A stretch of DNA of 41,571 nt from a virus. The DNA lies in the UHGV virus genome UHGV-0131723. One strand, written 5' to 3'. A model generated the notes under the pieces. The model was not told where the DNA came from, ran no database searches, and worked only from the letters and a program-made list of their open reading frames with translations. Positions 1 through 9,741 of the stretch are shown piece after piece. Numbering within the stretch: the first letter of the stretch is position 1; the number at the start of each line of letters is the position of its first letter. The position numbers were made by a program, and so were the translations under genes.

Positions 1-338
1 AGAAGCAGGACTTAGAAGAGCCATTCTTCCATATCTGTAGAGGCGGCAGAATCCAGTATGTAAGGGTAGCTAACCCAGAAAACTTGCCAGCACTTAAAAG
101 TTGTATTACCAGAGGGATGTTGAAGGGTTTTTATCAGGGACTTAACTTTGACTTAGCAATCTGTGAACATTGTGGTAACAGACCAAAGGCTGATGTTGAA
201 GAATGTGAGGTTTGCCATTCACACGACATCTCTGTGATTAACAGGGTGTGCGGATATCTTGGGTGGACTAAGATTAAAGGTGAATCTCGAATGAATGATG
301 CAAAAATCGCTGAGATTCGTGACAGAATTTCTATGTAA
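1..338 (+). CDS. nrdD: Anaerobic ribonucleoside-triphosphate reductase NrdD, C-terminal fragment (5' end outside window)
   Basis: Open in frame from window start through ORF 84..338; glycyl-radical motif RVCGYLG and C-terminal CxxC..CxxC (CEHCG, CEVCH). Confidence 0.8.
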   Translation, partial: KQDLEEPFFHICRGGRIQYVRVANPENLPALKSCITRGMLKGFYQGLNFDLAICEHCGNRPKADVEECEVCHSHDISVINRVCGYLGWTKIKGESRMNDAKIAEIRDRISM

Positions 339-347
339 AACTTGACA

Positions 348-386
348 AGGTGATGTGGGTCTTGATAGGCTTGCATCACCTTTTTT
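348..386 (+). terminator. Rho-independent terminator after nrdD
   Basis: Stem AGGTGATG..CATCACCT followed by TTTTTT. Confidence 0.6.
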
Positions 387-492
387 ATTGGATGTTAGAT
401 ATGGCAGAGAACATCATTGGCCTATTCATAGGTTCTGTCTTACTAGGGTTCTTTTTAGGACTCTCTTATTGTGAATTGAGAGATAAGTTAAA

Positions 493-693
493 ATGTTTAA
501 GATATCAAAAACGATGATATACATACTCCACATTCTAATCTTCTTCTTTGGGGTTAGTGTTATGTTATGGGGTTTTTCAGACCCACAATGGAGTTTATCA
601 TATCATGGTCAGATGGATTTATGGTCATGCTTCAAACCATTTTTAGGGTTAGCTATAGCATTCAGCGCATTACCAACTAAGGTGAAATTATGA
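493..693 (+). CDS. Hypothetical small hydrophobic protein
   Basis: ORF track; GAGAG purine run upstream; hydrophobic N-terminus. Confidence 0.4.
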   Translation: MFKISKTMIYILHILIFFFGVSVMLWGFSDPQWSLSYHGQMDLWSCFKPFLGLAIAFSALPTKVKL

Positions 694-1085
694 TTAAGTT
701 GAACCAAAAACAGTTAGAGTGGATTAAAGATTACGCTTCAGAGTGTGGCTCTTGTGAAAAGAATCATGTAAGATACTCAACATTCCGCACGACATTTACA
801 TTGTACATCAGTGACAACGTTCTAAGTGATTCCATAGAAGATGGTGCAGCGTTGCCTAATGAGTTGCTTGACAAATTAGTTGTAGTCACTGGAACTTGGT
901 CTGAAGAAGACGGTCACGAATTATCTAACGATGTTGTCTTCTACAGTATTGATAACATTATGAATCCAGAGTACATTATGTTAATGACTTGTGCACAAGA
1001 CTGTGTGCCATTGCAAAACTTCATTAAAGAGCACTGTGAAGAGTTTATTACTAAACTGGTTCCTTATCAGGTGGTGTTTGAATGA
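690..1085 (+). CDS. Hypothetical protein
   Basis: ORF track; start overlaps upstream stop (ATGA). Confidence 0.5.
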   Translation: MIKLNQKQLEWIKDYASECGSCEKNHVRYSTFRTTFTLYISDNVLSDSIEDGAALPNELLDKLVVVTGTWSEEDGHELSNDVVFYSIDNIMNPEYIMLMTCAQDCVPLQNFIKEHCEEFITKLVPYQVVFE

Positions 1086-1381
1086 GTAAAACAATTCGAA
1101 GAAAAGGTTTAAAGAACGTTCATGGACTTTATGAGTGGAGAAATGAGGTACGTAACAGAGAAAATGCTTCAGATGTCTACTTCCATTCTGATATGATGTC
1201 CAGAAAAGGTGGCTCTTATGACTTTACAAGTCAGCCTTGTAGAGAGATTAAGAGGGCTACTAAACGTCTTACAAGAACACAAATAAGGCAGCTTTCTAAG
1301 ACATCCTTCTTAGATGAAGACTTTGACATTGACAGTAAGTCTCCGAAGAAAGCTGCTAAGAACACTTATATGTATTGGTGA
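1082..1381 (+). CDS. Hypothetical protein
   Basis: ORF track; ATGA overlap with upstream gene. Confidence 0.5.
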   Translation: MSKTIRRKGLKNVHGLYEWRNEVRNRENASDVYFHSDMMSRKGGSYDFTSQPCREIKRATKRLTRTQIRQLSKTSFLDEDFDIDSKSPKKAAKNTYMYW

Positions 1382-1390
1382 GGTAACTAG

Positions 1391-1876
1391 ATGAATTACA
1401 TGGAGATTCGACCATTTGACACAGCTAATGGTGAAGGGGTTCGTGTAAGCCTCTTCGTAGCTGGTTGTAAGCATCACTGTGAAGGCTGCTTTAACAGGGA
1501 GTCTTGGAAGTTTAATGCTGGTAAAGAGTTTACTTATGCAAACCTCTACGGTATCATTAAGTTAATGGATGATGAGGCCATCAGTGGGTTGTCAATACTC
1601 GGTGGAGAGCCTCTGGATGATAGAAATATTCAAGAGGTTACCAACATATGCAAGCGTATTAAAACTGTTTATCCAGAAAAGTCTATATGGCTTTGGACAG
1701 GTTTTCAACTGCACGAAAAAATCCACTTGGATGTGATGAAATATGTTGACGTGGTGATTGATGGTAAGTATGATGCTTCTAAACCAACGAATAAACCATA
1801 TCGTGGTTCAGACAACCAAAACTTGTGGAGAAAAGAATATGGCTGGCAAGGTGACTGTCAATGGAGAGCAGAGTAG
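1391..1876 (+). CDS. nrdG: Anaerobic ribonucleotide reductase activating protein (radical SAM)
   Basis: N-terminal CKHHCEGC = CxxxCxxC radical-SAM cluster motif, ~160 aa, near nrdD. Confidence 0.8.
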   Translation: MNYMEIRPFDTANGEGVRVSLFVAGCKHHCEGCFNRESWKFNAGKEFTYANLYGIIKLMDDEAISGLSILGGEPLDDRNIQEVTNICKRIKTVYPEKSIWLWTGFQLHEKIHLDVMKYVDVVIDGKYDASKPTNKPYRGSDNQNLWRKEYGWQGDCQWRAE

Positions 1877-1904
1877 CGGTGGATTCAAACGCGGTGAGTT
1901 TGTT

Positions 1905-2159
1905 ATGTCGTACTGTAACATGTCACTATTTGGTAGTTACAAAGTAAATCCAGAAACCATTGAAGAGTGGAAAGTCTATACTAAAAGTCTGTTTGACTCC
2001 ACTGGTATGGAAGCATTGAAATGTATTGAGGCTGCTGGAGTATTTAAAGTAAAACACAAAGCACATTTCTCAAATTTTTACGAGACAAACTTACGTGTTG
2101 ATGATAAAGTTGTCACAGTTACTGAAGAAGAACTTCATAAGTTCTGTATTAAACTTTAA
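1905..2159 (+). CDS. Hypothetical protein
   Basis: ORF track 1758..2159 trimmed to first ATG after nrdG stop with GGTGAG RBS; start uncertain. Confidence 0.4.
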   Translation: MSYCNMSLFGSYKVNPETIEEWKVYTKSLFDSTGMEALKCIEAAGVFKVKHKAHFSNFYETNLRVDDKVVTVTEEELHKFCIKL

Positions 2160-2173
2160 TGAGAGAGACTAAA

Positions 2174-2440
2174 ATGGGAATTTTAGGTAATATGAAAGCT
2201 GGCTTCTTGAAGGCACTGGCAAAAGCAGCAGCAATCATTTCTATGACTGGAAAGCAGGTTGGTGTAGATGCTTCAGTAGTTGCACAAGTTCTTACAAGCC
2301 AAATTGAACAGCAGCCTTACATCTACGTAGGACGTGGTAAAGGTGGTAAGAAACAAGCCCACCGCCAATCTGGTGCAGCAGCTATTAAACGAGCAGCTAA
2401 GAAAGCTCGTAACCGTAAACGTAACAAGAAGGTTAAATAA
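2174..2440 (+). CDS. Hypothetical protein with lysine/arginine-rich C-terminus
   Basis: ORF track 2159..2440 trimmed to ATG at 2174. Confidence 0.5.
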   Translation: MGILGNMKAGFLKALAKAAAIISMTGKQVGVDASVVAQVLTSQIEQQPYIYVGRGKGGKKQAHRQSGAAAIKRAAKKARNRKRNKKVK

Positions 2441-2442
2441 CC

Positions 2443-2763
2443 ATGAGCAAAGTTTATAACACTCGTAAATTACAGATTTTCGTACTGTGCCAGTTTATGG
2501 CTAAAGAATACAACTTCTACTATTGTGGTACAGGTTTTATTAGCGATGATGATGGCTCATACCTCCCATTCAAAGAAGCTGTAAAACTCTTTAATGAAGA
2601 GAAAAGCTCTAAGAAAGATATTGAAAAGGTTAAGCTAACTTACAGCAAGAAAGATAAGAAGATTATCTGCCTAGATAACTTTGTAAAAGTTACTGGAAAA
2701 GCAAAAGAGTTTATGGATGAGAGTGAGATTTCATTCACAAGCATCTTGAAAGTAGCTCAGTAA
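2443..2763 (+). CDS. Hypothetical protein
   Basis: ORF track. Confidence 0.5.
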   Translation: MSKVYNTRKLQIFVLCQFMAKEYNFYYCGTGFISDDDGSYLPFKEAVKLFNEEKSSKKDIEKVKLTYSKKDKKIICLDNFVKVTGKAKEFMDESEISFTSILKVAQ

Positions 2764-2776
2764 ACAGATACTATAG

Positions 2777-2801
2777 GGGAACTGTAAAGGTTCCCTTTTT
2801 A
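2777..2801 (+). terminator. Rho-independent terminator
   Basis: GGGAAC-TGTAAAG-GTTCCC hairpin followed by TTTTT. Confidence 0.65.
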
Positions 2802-2814
2802 TTTTGGAGGTAAA

Positions 2815-3330
2815 ATGTACCTGTCAAACCTGAAACGTTCGGTTGCAATGTCAGTTCTAAGACTCAGCTTTGATGAGCGTCAAGAGTTTATAGACTCCCA
2901 CAAATATGACCCTTCAAATTCTAATCACATGGTTCTTTGGAATCGTGATAACTTCCGTGAAAGAGCACTTGTCCGTTATTACCCACACTACACAATAGAT
3001 AACCTGTATGAATGGTGTGTTGTGAAGAACACCATTGCAACACTGAACAATCTTTGCAGGTATACTGGTAAGCAAACATTTACATTAGGTCATCACAAAC
3101 CTGTTACAAAAGGTGGTGAACATCACTGTGCAAACTGGTTTATCCAAACTAAAGCTGATAACCAGAAGCAAGGAGATAGCCTCCTAAGTATCCCTAAGAT
3201 GACCTATGAAGAGCAAGAGAAATATATCAAAAATAATATGCCAGATGTGCTTGACAACAACTATACAGATTTGGCAATATCTCTCCTGTTGAAGTTCGAG
3301 ACAGTTTATAGGGCAACTTATAATGGCTAA
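2815..3330 (+). CDS. Putative HNH-family endonuclease
   Basis: GHHKPVTKGGEHHCAN matches the HH-x-P-x3-GG-x5-N HNH core; GGAGG RBS upstream. Confidence 0.55.
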   Translation: MYLSNLKRSVAMSVLRLSFDERQEFIDSHKYDPSNSNHMVLWNRDNFRERALVRYYPHYTIDNLYEWCVVKNTIATLNNLCRYTGKQTFTLGHHKPVTKGGEHHCANWFIQTKADNQKQGDSLLSIPKMTYEEQEKYIKNNMPDVLDNNYTDLAISLLLKFETVYRATYNG

Positions 3331-3601
3331 AGAAAAGTGGGAGATTTTACCATTAGTCAGTGAAGGAGGTAATGGTTGTGAGATGTACATGATACGTGGT
3401 CATGTTCCAGAACCAATTGCACTTGAGATGGTAAACAACTTTACAGATGGTTCTTACAAAGACTTAGGAGAGCCAACTATAAAGCAGCAATGGGTAAAGC
3501 CTGTACCAGACAGCACAGGTAACTGTAGTGTACTTTACCACGTTGTAGACCCTGTAAAATGCAAATCTGCAATGGCAGTAACAAACGTAACTTTTGATTG
3601 A
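3323..3601 (+). CDS. Hypothetical protein
   Basis: ORF track; overlaps upstream stop. Confidence 0.45.
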   Translation: MAKEKWEILPLVSEGGNGCEMYMIRGHVPEPIALEMVNNFTDGSYKDLGEPTIKQQWVKPVPDSTGNCSVLYHVVDPVKCKSAMAVTNVTFD

Positions 3602-3612
3602 GAGAGAAAACT

Positions 3613-4494
3613 ATGAAAACATCTATCCGTGTTACAGTTCATTCACCAGCTAAGGGGACTCATGAAGAAGAGTTTAACATCGTCCAATTCCCTTCTGGTG
3701 AGATTGGTGGACACTTTTCACCAGAGTTTGTTGATTTTACTGCTTATGCTACATCATCCATCAACAACGTGATTATGATTGTAAAGGGTTATGACAAAGA
3801 CACATTATTTGCTGTGGCACTTGCTAAAGAAGCAATTGATGATTTAATTCCTCATGATTATGCTTTAAAGACTGTCATCTTTTACTACTTACCAAATGCA
3901 CGATATGACCGTCACATGTTTAAAGGTGACGCAGCAGCTTTAAAGGTTTTTGCTAAACAGATTAATGCAATGGGATTTGGCGCAGTCTGTGCAGTTGACC
4001 CTCACAGCTATGTACCAGATAACCTGTTTAACTGCTTCCAGAGTATTCCTCAAAAGGAGATTGCAGTCCACTATGCAAATGACCCACTGGTTGATTACTT
4101 AGTAGCCCCAGATGCAGGTGCTGCTAAGAAGGTTGCAGAGACCGCTAAAGAGGTAGATAAACCATATATCACAATGTCTAAGGTTCGCAATCTTAAGACT
4201 GGAGAAATCACTGGTATGCGAATCCTTGACGATGTTGATTTGACCGATAAAACTGTCATGATTCTTGATGATATCTGTGATGGTGGTCGAACCTTCGTAG
4301 AGGCAGCTAAACACCTACGTGAAGCAGGTGCAAAACGTGTGGAACTCTATGTAACTCATGGTATTTTCTCTAAAGGTGTTGAAAACTTACTTGACAACGG
4401 TATTGACCATATCTACACTACAAACACTTTAGGTGAAGCTAAAGACCGTGGCTTAACACATTACGGTCAAGTGACTGTAGCAACCATTGATTAG
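3613..4494 (+). CDS. prs: Ribose-phosphate pyrophosphokinase-like phosphoribosyltransferase
   Basis: Type I PRTase PRPP-binding loop VMILDDICDGGRTF; ~293 aa; ORF-track TTG start replaced by ATG at 3613 after GAGAGAGA RBS. Confidence 0.7.
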   Translation: MKTSIRVTVHSPAKGTHEEEFNIVQFPSGEIGGHFSPEFVDFTAYATSSINNVIMIVKGYDKDTLFAVALAKEAIDDLIPHDYALKTVIFYYLPNARYDRHMFKGDAAALKVFAKQINAMGFGAVCAVDPHSYVPDNLFNCFQSIPQKEIAVHYANDPLVDYLVAPDAGAAKKVAETAKEVDKPYITMSKVRNLKTGEITGMRILDDVDLTDKTVMILDDICDGGRTFVEAAKHLREAGAKRVELYVTHGIFSKGVENLLDNGIDHIYTTNTLGEAKDRGLTHYGQVTVATID

Positions 4495-4502
4495 GTAACA
4501 GT

Positions 4503-4994
4503 ATGAATAAGGGTTATTTTGAAAGATACCTAATATATGAACCAGATACAGGTTTATTAATTTGGAGAGTAACCCTTTGCAGTACCGCTATTGCTGGTAA
4601 TGTGGCTGGCACAAGGTCTAAGAAGGGTTATATCCAAGTCCAGATAAATAAGAAGAGGTACTATGCACATAATATTGCATGGATTATGTCTGGAGGTGAG
4701 ATACCAAGTGGATATGAGATAGACCACATAGACCTTGATAAATCTAATAATAAGTTGGATAATTTAAGACTTAGCACAAAGTCACAAAATCAGAGGAATA
4801 GGGGTATATACAAGAATAATAAAACTGGTGTGAAGGGTGTAAGTTTTTGTAAACAAACAGGTCTTTACAAAGCAAGAGTCATGCTTTACCATAAAGAATA
4901 CTTTTGTGGAAGATTTAAAACGGTAGAAGAAGCAAAAGAAGCTGTAATTAAAAAGCGAATAGAACTTCATGGTGAGTTTGCAAGACATAACTAA
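4503..4994 (+). CDS. HNH homing endonuclease with AP2-like DNA-binding region
   Basis: GYEIDHIDLDKSNNKLDNLRL is an HNH core (H..N..N); C-terminal part resembles AP2-type domain; inserted between prs-like and nadV-like genes. Confidence 0.7.
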   Translation: MNKGYFERYLIYEPDTGLLIWRVTLCSTAIAGNVAGTRSKKGYIQVQINKKRYYAHNIAWIMSGGEIPSGYEIDHIDLDKSNNKLDNLRLSTKSQNQRNRGIYKNNKTGVKGVSFCKQTGLYKARVMLYHKEYFCGRFKTVEEAKEAVIKKRIELHGEFARHN

Positions 4995-5012
4995 GAGAGA
5001 GAGAGATAAAAT

Positions 5013-6794
5013 ATGAGTAAGTCACTTTACGCAGTACCAGCAGGTCTTAATGCAGATGCTTACAAGGCATCACATATATATCAGTATCCAGATGCTACGC
5101 AATATCTTATGTTGAACCTGACACCACGCAGTGATAAATGGTTTAACAGCCCCTTAGCAATTGATGGTGTAGTAGCTTTTGGTATTCAACGTTTTGTTAA
5201 AGATTACTTGATAGACCACTGGAATGCCACTTTCTTTGAACGTGATAAAAAAGAAGCAATTGACGAAATCTTAGAAGTCATGAATGGTGTTCTGGGTAAA
5301 GATGCTATCGGTAGAGAGCATTGGGAAGCACTTCACGACTTAGGTTATCTACCAGTTGAAGTATACGCTGTAGAAGAAGGCACAGTTGTCCCTATGCGTG
5401 TCCCAATGATTGTTTTCCAGAACACTGTTTCAGGTTTCCATTGGGTAGCAGGTTATCTGGAAGATGCTTTCTCTGCTGAGATTTGGAAGGCTTGTACCAT
5501 TGCAACTATTGCATTGCATTACAAACGCATCTGTAAGAAGTGGGCTGACCTTACTTGTGACAACGACTTGCATCTGCCCTATCAGTGCCATGACTTTGCT
5601 ATGCGTGGCATGTCAGGCTTTACTGATGACGCATTTAATGCTGTAGGTCACTTAACCAGCTTTAAAGGAACTGATAGCTTCCCTGCTGTATACACGGCTA
5701 AACGCATTTATGGGCAGTCTTACCCAATCTCTGATATTGGTAGCTCTGTACCAGCCACTGAGCACTCTGTAATGTGTGCAAACATTGCTTGGGAAGGTGG
5801 TAATGAGTTGATTGAAGAAGAAAGACGCTTTAAAGGTGAGTTACAAACCTTCCGTCGTTTCTTAACAGAAACTTACCCAACTGGTATTGCAAGTGTTGTT
5901 TCAGACACTTATAACTTCTGGAGAACTGTGTCAGAAATTTTACCAGCACTTCGCAAAGAGATTATGGGACGTGACGGTAAACTGGTAATTCGTCCTGACT
6001 CTGGAGACCCTGTACATATTGTCACAGGTTATAAAGCAATCCACTTAGAATGTGCTAAGAAGGCTTATTACGAGCACCTAAGCAAGCTGGAAGCCAGTGA
6101 CACAATGTTGAATGCTGTTCTGAACATGAAGCTTGAGAACATCAACTATGGTATTGCTGGATGGCTACTGTCAGAAGGCTACGAGATGGTTGTTGACAGA
6201 GAAGACTTTGAAGTTGCTGATACAGTGATGTTGAAAAATGCTTATATGGTTGGTTCTGCAAACGTTGTAACACGTCCTGTAGCTGAGATTGATGGAGCTA
6301 TTAAGACACTGTACAACATCTTTGGGGGAACTATTAACTCTAAAGGCTTTAAAGTACTGGATGAGCATATTGGACTTATTTATGGCGACTCTATCACGTT
6401 GGAACGTGCAAATGAAATACTGAAGCGTTTGTATGAAATGGGTTTTGCAAGCTCTAACGTAGTGTTTGGTGTAGGTTCTTACACTTACCAGTACATGACT
6501 CGTGACACCTTTGCATTTGCTGTCAAAGCAACCCTTGCAAGCATTGGTGGTAAAGAGATTATGCTTGCAAAAGACCCTAAAACAGATAGTGGTGTTAAGA
6601 AGTCTGCTTTTGGTGGTGTAGCACCTATGTGGGATGGTGAAAATCTGAAAGCTGTAGATGGCTATGGGTTCCAGAGCTTTGCAGATGCACTTGAACATCC
6701 AGCTTGTGCTTTACGTCTAGTCTTTAGCGACTCTGAGCAGTTCGGCTACACAACTCTTGGTGATATTCGAAATAATATTGACAAGCAGCTTTAA
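5013..6794 (+). CDS. nadV: Nicotinamide phosphoribosyltransferase (NadV/NAMPT-like)
   Basis: 593 aa; N-terminal YKASHIYQYP region and overall size recalled as NAMPT family. Confidence 0.8.
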   Translation: MSKSLYAVPAGLNADAYKASHIYQYPDATQYLMLNLTPRSDKWFNSPLAIDGVVAFGIQRFVKDYLIDHWNATFFERDKKEAIDEILEVMNGVLGKDAIGREHWEALHDLGYLPVEVYAVEEGTVVPMRVPMIVFQNTVSGFHWVAGYLEDAFSAEIWKACTIATIALHYKRICKKWADLTCDNDLHLPYQCHDFAMRGMSGFTDDAFNAVGHLTSFKGTDSFPAVYTAKRIYGQSYPISDIGSSVPATEHSVMCANIAWEGGNELIEEERRFKGELQTFRRFLTETYPTGIASVVSDTYNFWRTVSEILPALRKEIMGRDGKLVIRPDSGDPVHIVTGYKAIHLECAKKAYYEHLSKLEASDTMLNAVLNMKLENINYGIAGWLLSEGYEMVVDREDFEVADTVMLKNAYMVGSANVVTRPVAEIDGAIKTLYNIFGGTINSKGFKVLDEHIGLIYGDSITLERANEILKRLYEMGFASSNVVFGVGSYTYQYMTRDTFAFAVKATLASIGGKEIMLAKDPKTDSGVKKSAFGGVAPMWDGENLKAVDGYGFQSFADALEHPACALRLVFSDSEQFGYTTLGDIRNNIDKQL

Positions 6795-6808
6795 AAGTAT
6801 ATGATAAG

Positions 6809-6831
6809 AGGCTCCTACGGGAGCCTTTTTA
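6809..6831 (+). terminator. Rho-independent terminator
   Basis: AGGCTCC-TACG-GGAGCCT followed by TTTTT. Confidence 0.65.
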
Positions 6832-6847
6832 ATTTCTGGAGAAGATT

Positions 6848-7183
6848 ATGAAAATCAAAGAGATGAACATCAACATCGTCTTAGAGGAACGTTGGGAGAA
6901 CATCAAGAAACCTGAAAATGGTCATAAGTTCCTTAACAAAATTTTAGTAGCAGCTAAAGAAGAACTGACTGGTAAGATTGCAGCAGCAATCACAATAAAG
7001 GTCTGTGTAAAAGGTCTTCCAGACAATCACCAATTTGCACTTGACGAGTTTAAAGAAAGCTTCTACAATCCAAATAAACAGATGCTTGAAAGTAACTTTG
7101 CAGTATCTACAAGTATCGTCCATGACAGAAGCTTTATCCTTTACAAGAATATGAGAGGTGAGTCATGCAAGCATATTGGATAG
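6848..7183 (+). CDS. Hypothetical protein
   Basis: ORF track; GGAG RBS. Confidence 0.5.
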   Translation: MKIKEMNINIVLEERWENIKKPENGHKFLNKILVAAKEELTGKIAAAITIKVCVKGLPDNHQFALDEFKESFYNPNKQMLESNFAVSTSIVHDRSFILYKNMRGESCKHIG

Positions 7184-7341
7184 AAATTTTACTGTCACTT
7201 GGTGGCGTAGCAGTGTTTGTTTACCTTCTTTGTAAGTACTATGCAGAGCACAAAAAATGTGACTACTGTAATGGGGAAGGTTATACAAGAGCAGGTTGTT
7301 GCCCTATGTGTGGTGGTTCTGGTAAAATGTTTAACAAGTAA
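7165..7341 (+). CDS. Small membrane-anchored zinc-finger protein (58 aa, not in ORF track)
   Basis: ATG after GAGAGGTGAG RBS; hydrophobic N-terminus then two CxxCxGxG motifs (CDYCNGEG, CPMCGGSG). Confidence 0.4.
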   Translation: MQAYWIEILLSLGGVAVFVYLLCKYYAEHKKCDYCNGEGYTRAGCCPMCGGSGKMFNK

Positions 7342-7369
7342 TTTAACAGTAAACTAAGAGGAAAGTATT

Positions 7370-9736
7370 ATGCGCATGGTAAACGACCACGCAGAAGTGA
7401 TTAAGAGTTCAACTTCTTTAGAGACGTCTCAAGCACAGATTACAATGACACCTGAAATGTTCAGCCTTTTGAGTTCTGGTGTATATACCTTTAAAGAAAG
7501 GGCAGTGATTCGTGAACTGTCATGTAACGCAGTAGATGCTCAGAAAGAGGCTGGAAAAGAGAACATCCCATTCCATGTGCATTTACCTACTCGTTTTGAG
7601 CCTTACTTCGAAGTTCGTGATTTTGGAACTGGATTGACTCATGATAAAGTTATGAGTTTGTACCTAAACTATGGAGCTTCTACGAAGAATGACTCTAATG
7701 ACTACATTGGTGCAATGGGTATCGGCTCAAAGTCACCATTTGCAATTGCTCAGTCATTCACAGTATCTAGCTATGTTGATGGTGTTGTTAATAAGTACTC
7801 TGTTTATCTTGAGAATGGTATCCCTCAAGTAACTAAGCTGACAACTAACCCAACAAAAGAACCTAATGGTTTAGCTGTACGTGTGGCAGTTGCTGACCAC
7901 CGTATCTCAAAGTTCTTTGAAGAAGCTGGGAATGTGTACTCATACTTCACTGTAAAACCAGAAAGTAATATTGAGTACGACGATGTATTAGCAGATATGA
8001 ACGTCATTGCCCGTGAAGAAGGTGTTTATGATGCCATGATTCATAAGCACAGCTGGCGTTCTAGTGATAACAGGACAGAGTTTAATGTGGTGATGGGTAA
8101 CATTGCCTACCCTGTTAACATGGAAGCATTACTTGGTGATGATTTCTTCAAAGTATTGCCAGAATTTTTCCGTAGGAGCGTAGACCTTGTAAACATCTAC
8201 ATGCCTATTGGTTCAGTCGCTATTGCAGCTTCTCGTGAAGCATTGCAGATGAATGACACGACAAAAAATGTTATCATTGAGGCTACTAAAAAGATAACTG
8301 AAGCAATTACAAAGGATGTTATCAAGAAAGTTAACAGTCAACCTACACTCATGGATGCTGCACAGGCTTATGCTGAGTTACGTTTGAACTCACGAGAGAT
8401 GTTTAATGCTGTGTGTCCAAAGTTAGAGTGGGGAGGCGTTAAGCTTGATTCTCTGGAAGAAGAATTACTAAACATTCGTCGTGGAATTATCTACGCAGAA
8501 GACGGCTCAGTCATTTATGAACGTGACGGTAAAGGTAATATTAAGGTTGATAGGAACGGAAACAACATCCCTAAAGTAGATTATCTTTATGACCCAGTTG
8601 CTTATGTCAAGTTCAACTCTTTAGAGAGTAAGATTCGTGCAACAGCACTTTCCTACACTCAAGAGGCAAGTATGTTCAATATCTTTGGCGCAATGCGTAA
8701 AAGCCAAATTGAACAGTTTTTGTTTGTTATAAATGACCGTCGCAATAAAAATGGTACTGAGAAGACTGTAGGACGCAACCAAATCTTGCGTGGTGCATGT
8801 CGAGACTATGCCAGTGAGTCAAGTCTGTTTCACAGATACAATGGTATTGTCTTTGTATTCTCGACTGAAAAAGAGTTAGATGACTTAATCAATCTGCACA
8901 AACTTGATAAAAGCTTGTTAAAGATTGTGAAAATGTCTGATAAGGAACACCATTACCAGCGTAAAGAAGCTGTAAGAGGTGTTGTAAAACTCTGGAAAGC
9001 TGTTCCAGCAGAAGGTGTAGCCTCCTACAAAGAGGTGTCAGAGGACTTAGACACAATTGAAGAACCTCAGCTTTACATTAAGGCAATTGGTGACACAGTT
9101 GATGGTGAATGTTTTTGCTCATCTCCAGAAGATGTAGCTAAGTCAGTTGCTAATGTTACAGGTAAGACAGTCTATGTTTTCCGAAAAGCAAATTGGAAAA
9201 AGATACCAGAAGATTGGATTGAAGTAGATGAGAAACTCTTGAACGACAGCTTAACTGATGTTCACTGGATTAACCATAACAGATATATGACGCGTATCTA
9301 TATGAATGGTGTCCTTGACCTTACAAGCAGTTGGATTATTGCCAGAAACTTTACGTTTAATAACAGGAAGATTTCTCGCGGGTATTGTTATTCAAGGGAT
9401 ACAAACAAAACTATCTTCCTAGAAGGAAATGAAGAGGCTGTAGAGGCAATGTTCGGTAAAATCCAATACGTTGCTGCACCATTTGCATACACTTATACCA
9501 TTAGTGTATTGAAAACTTTGAAAGACTGTCTTGACAACGATACAAAGCTTTACAAGAAAATTAAGAAAGCTGGTGACCGTATGGTTATTAAGGTGGCAAA
9601 CTATCTTTCAAAAAGAAAACAAGAAAACTTCTTGCTTTCTCATTTAGATTGGAATAAAGTGTCACCCATCGAAGTGAGTAAGTTCTTAGGTTTTGATGTA
9701 AAATGTGTTCCAGAAGGGACTACAATTTACGATTAA
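7370..9736 (+). CDS. rIIA: rIIA-like protein (GHKL ATPase-like N-terminal domain)
   Basis: RAVIRELSCNAVDA, VRDFGTGL and SNDYIGAMGIGSKSPFA closely match the T4 rIIA N-terminus as recalled; 788 aa. Confidence 0.85.
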   Translation: MRMVNDHAEVIKSSTSLETSQAQITMTPEMFSLLSSGVYTFKERAVIRELSCNAVDAQKEAGKENIPFHVHLPTRFEPYFEVRDFGTGLTHDKVMSLYLNYGASTKNDSNDYIGAMGIGSKSPFAIAQSFTVSSYVDGVVNKYSVYLENGIPQVTKLTTNPTKEPNGLAVRVAVADHRISKFFEEAGNVYSYFTVKPESNIEYDDVLADMNVIAREEGVYDAMIHKHSWRSSDNRTEFNVVMGNIAYPVNMEALLGDDFFKVLPEFFRRSVDLVNIYMPIGSVAIAASREALQMNDTTKNVIIEATKKITEAITKDVIKKVNSQPTLMDAAQAYAELRLNSREMFNAVCPKLEWGGVKLDSLEEELLNIRRGIIYAEDGSVIYERDGKGNIKVDRNGNNIPKVDYLYDPVAYVKFNSLESKIRATALSYTQEASMFNIFGAMRKSQIEQFLFVINDRRNKNGTEKTVGRNQILRGACRDYASESSLFHRYNGIVFVFSTEKELDDLINLHKLDKSLLKIVKMSDKEHHYQRKEAVRGVVKLWKAVPAEGVASYKEVSEDLDTIEEPQLYIKAIGDTVDGECFCSSPEDVAKSVANVTGKTVYVFRKANWKKIPEDWIEVDEKLLNDSLTDVHWINHNRYMTRIYMNGVLDLTSSWIIARNFTFNNRKISRGYCYSRDTNKTIFLEGNEEAVEAMFGKIQYVAAPFAYTYTISVLKTLKDCLDNDTKLYKKIKKAGDRMVIKVANYLSKRKQENFLLSHLDWNKVSPIEVSKFLGFDVKCVPEGTTIYD

Positions 9737-9741
9737 AGTGT

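Noticed and set aside
401-517. 38-codon hydrophobic ORF at 401..517
   Set aside because: No RBS, and it overlaps the better-supported 493..693 ORF in another frame; not called.
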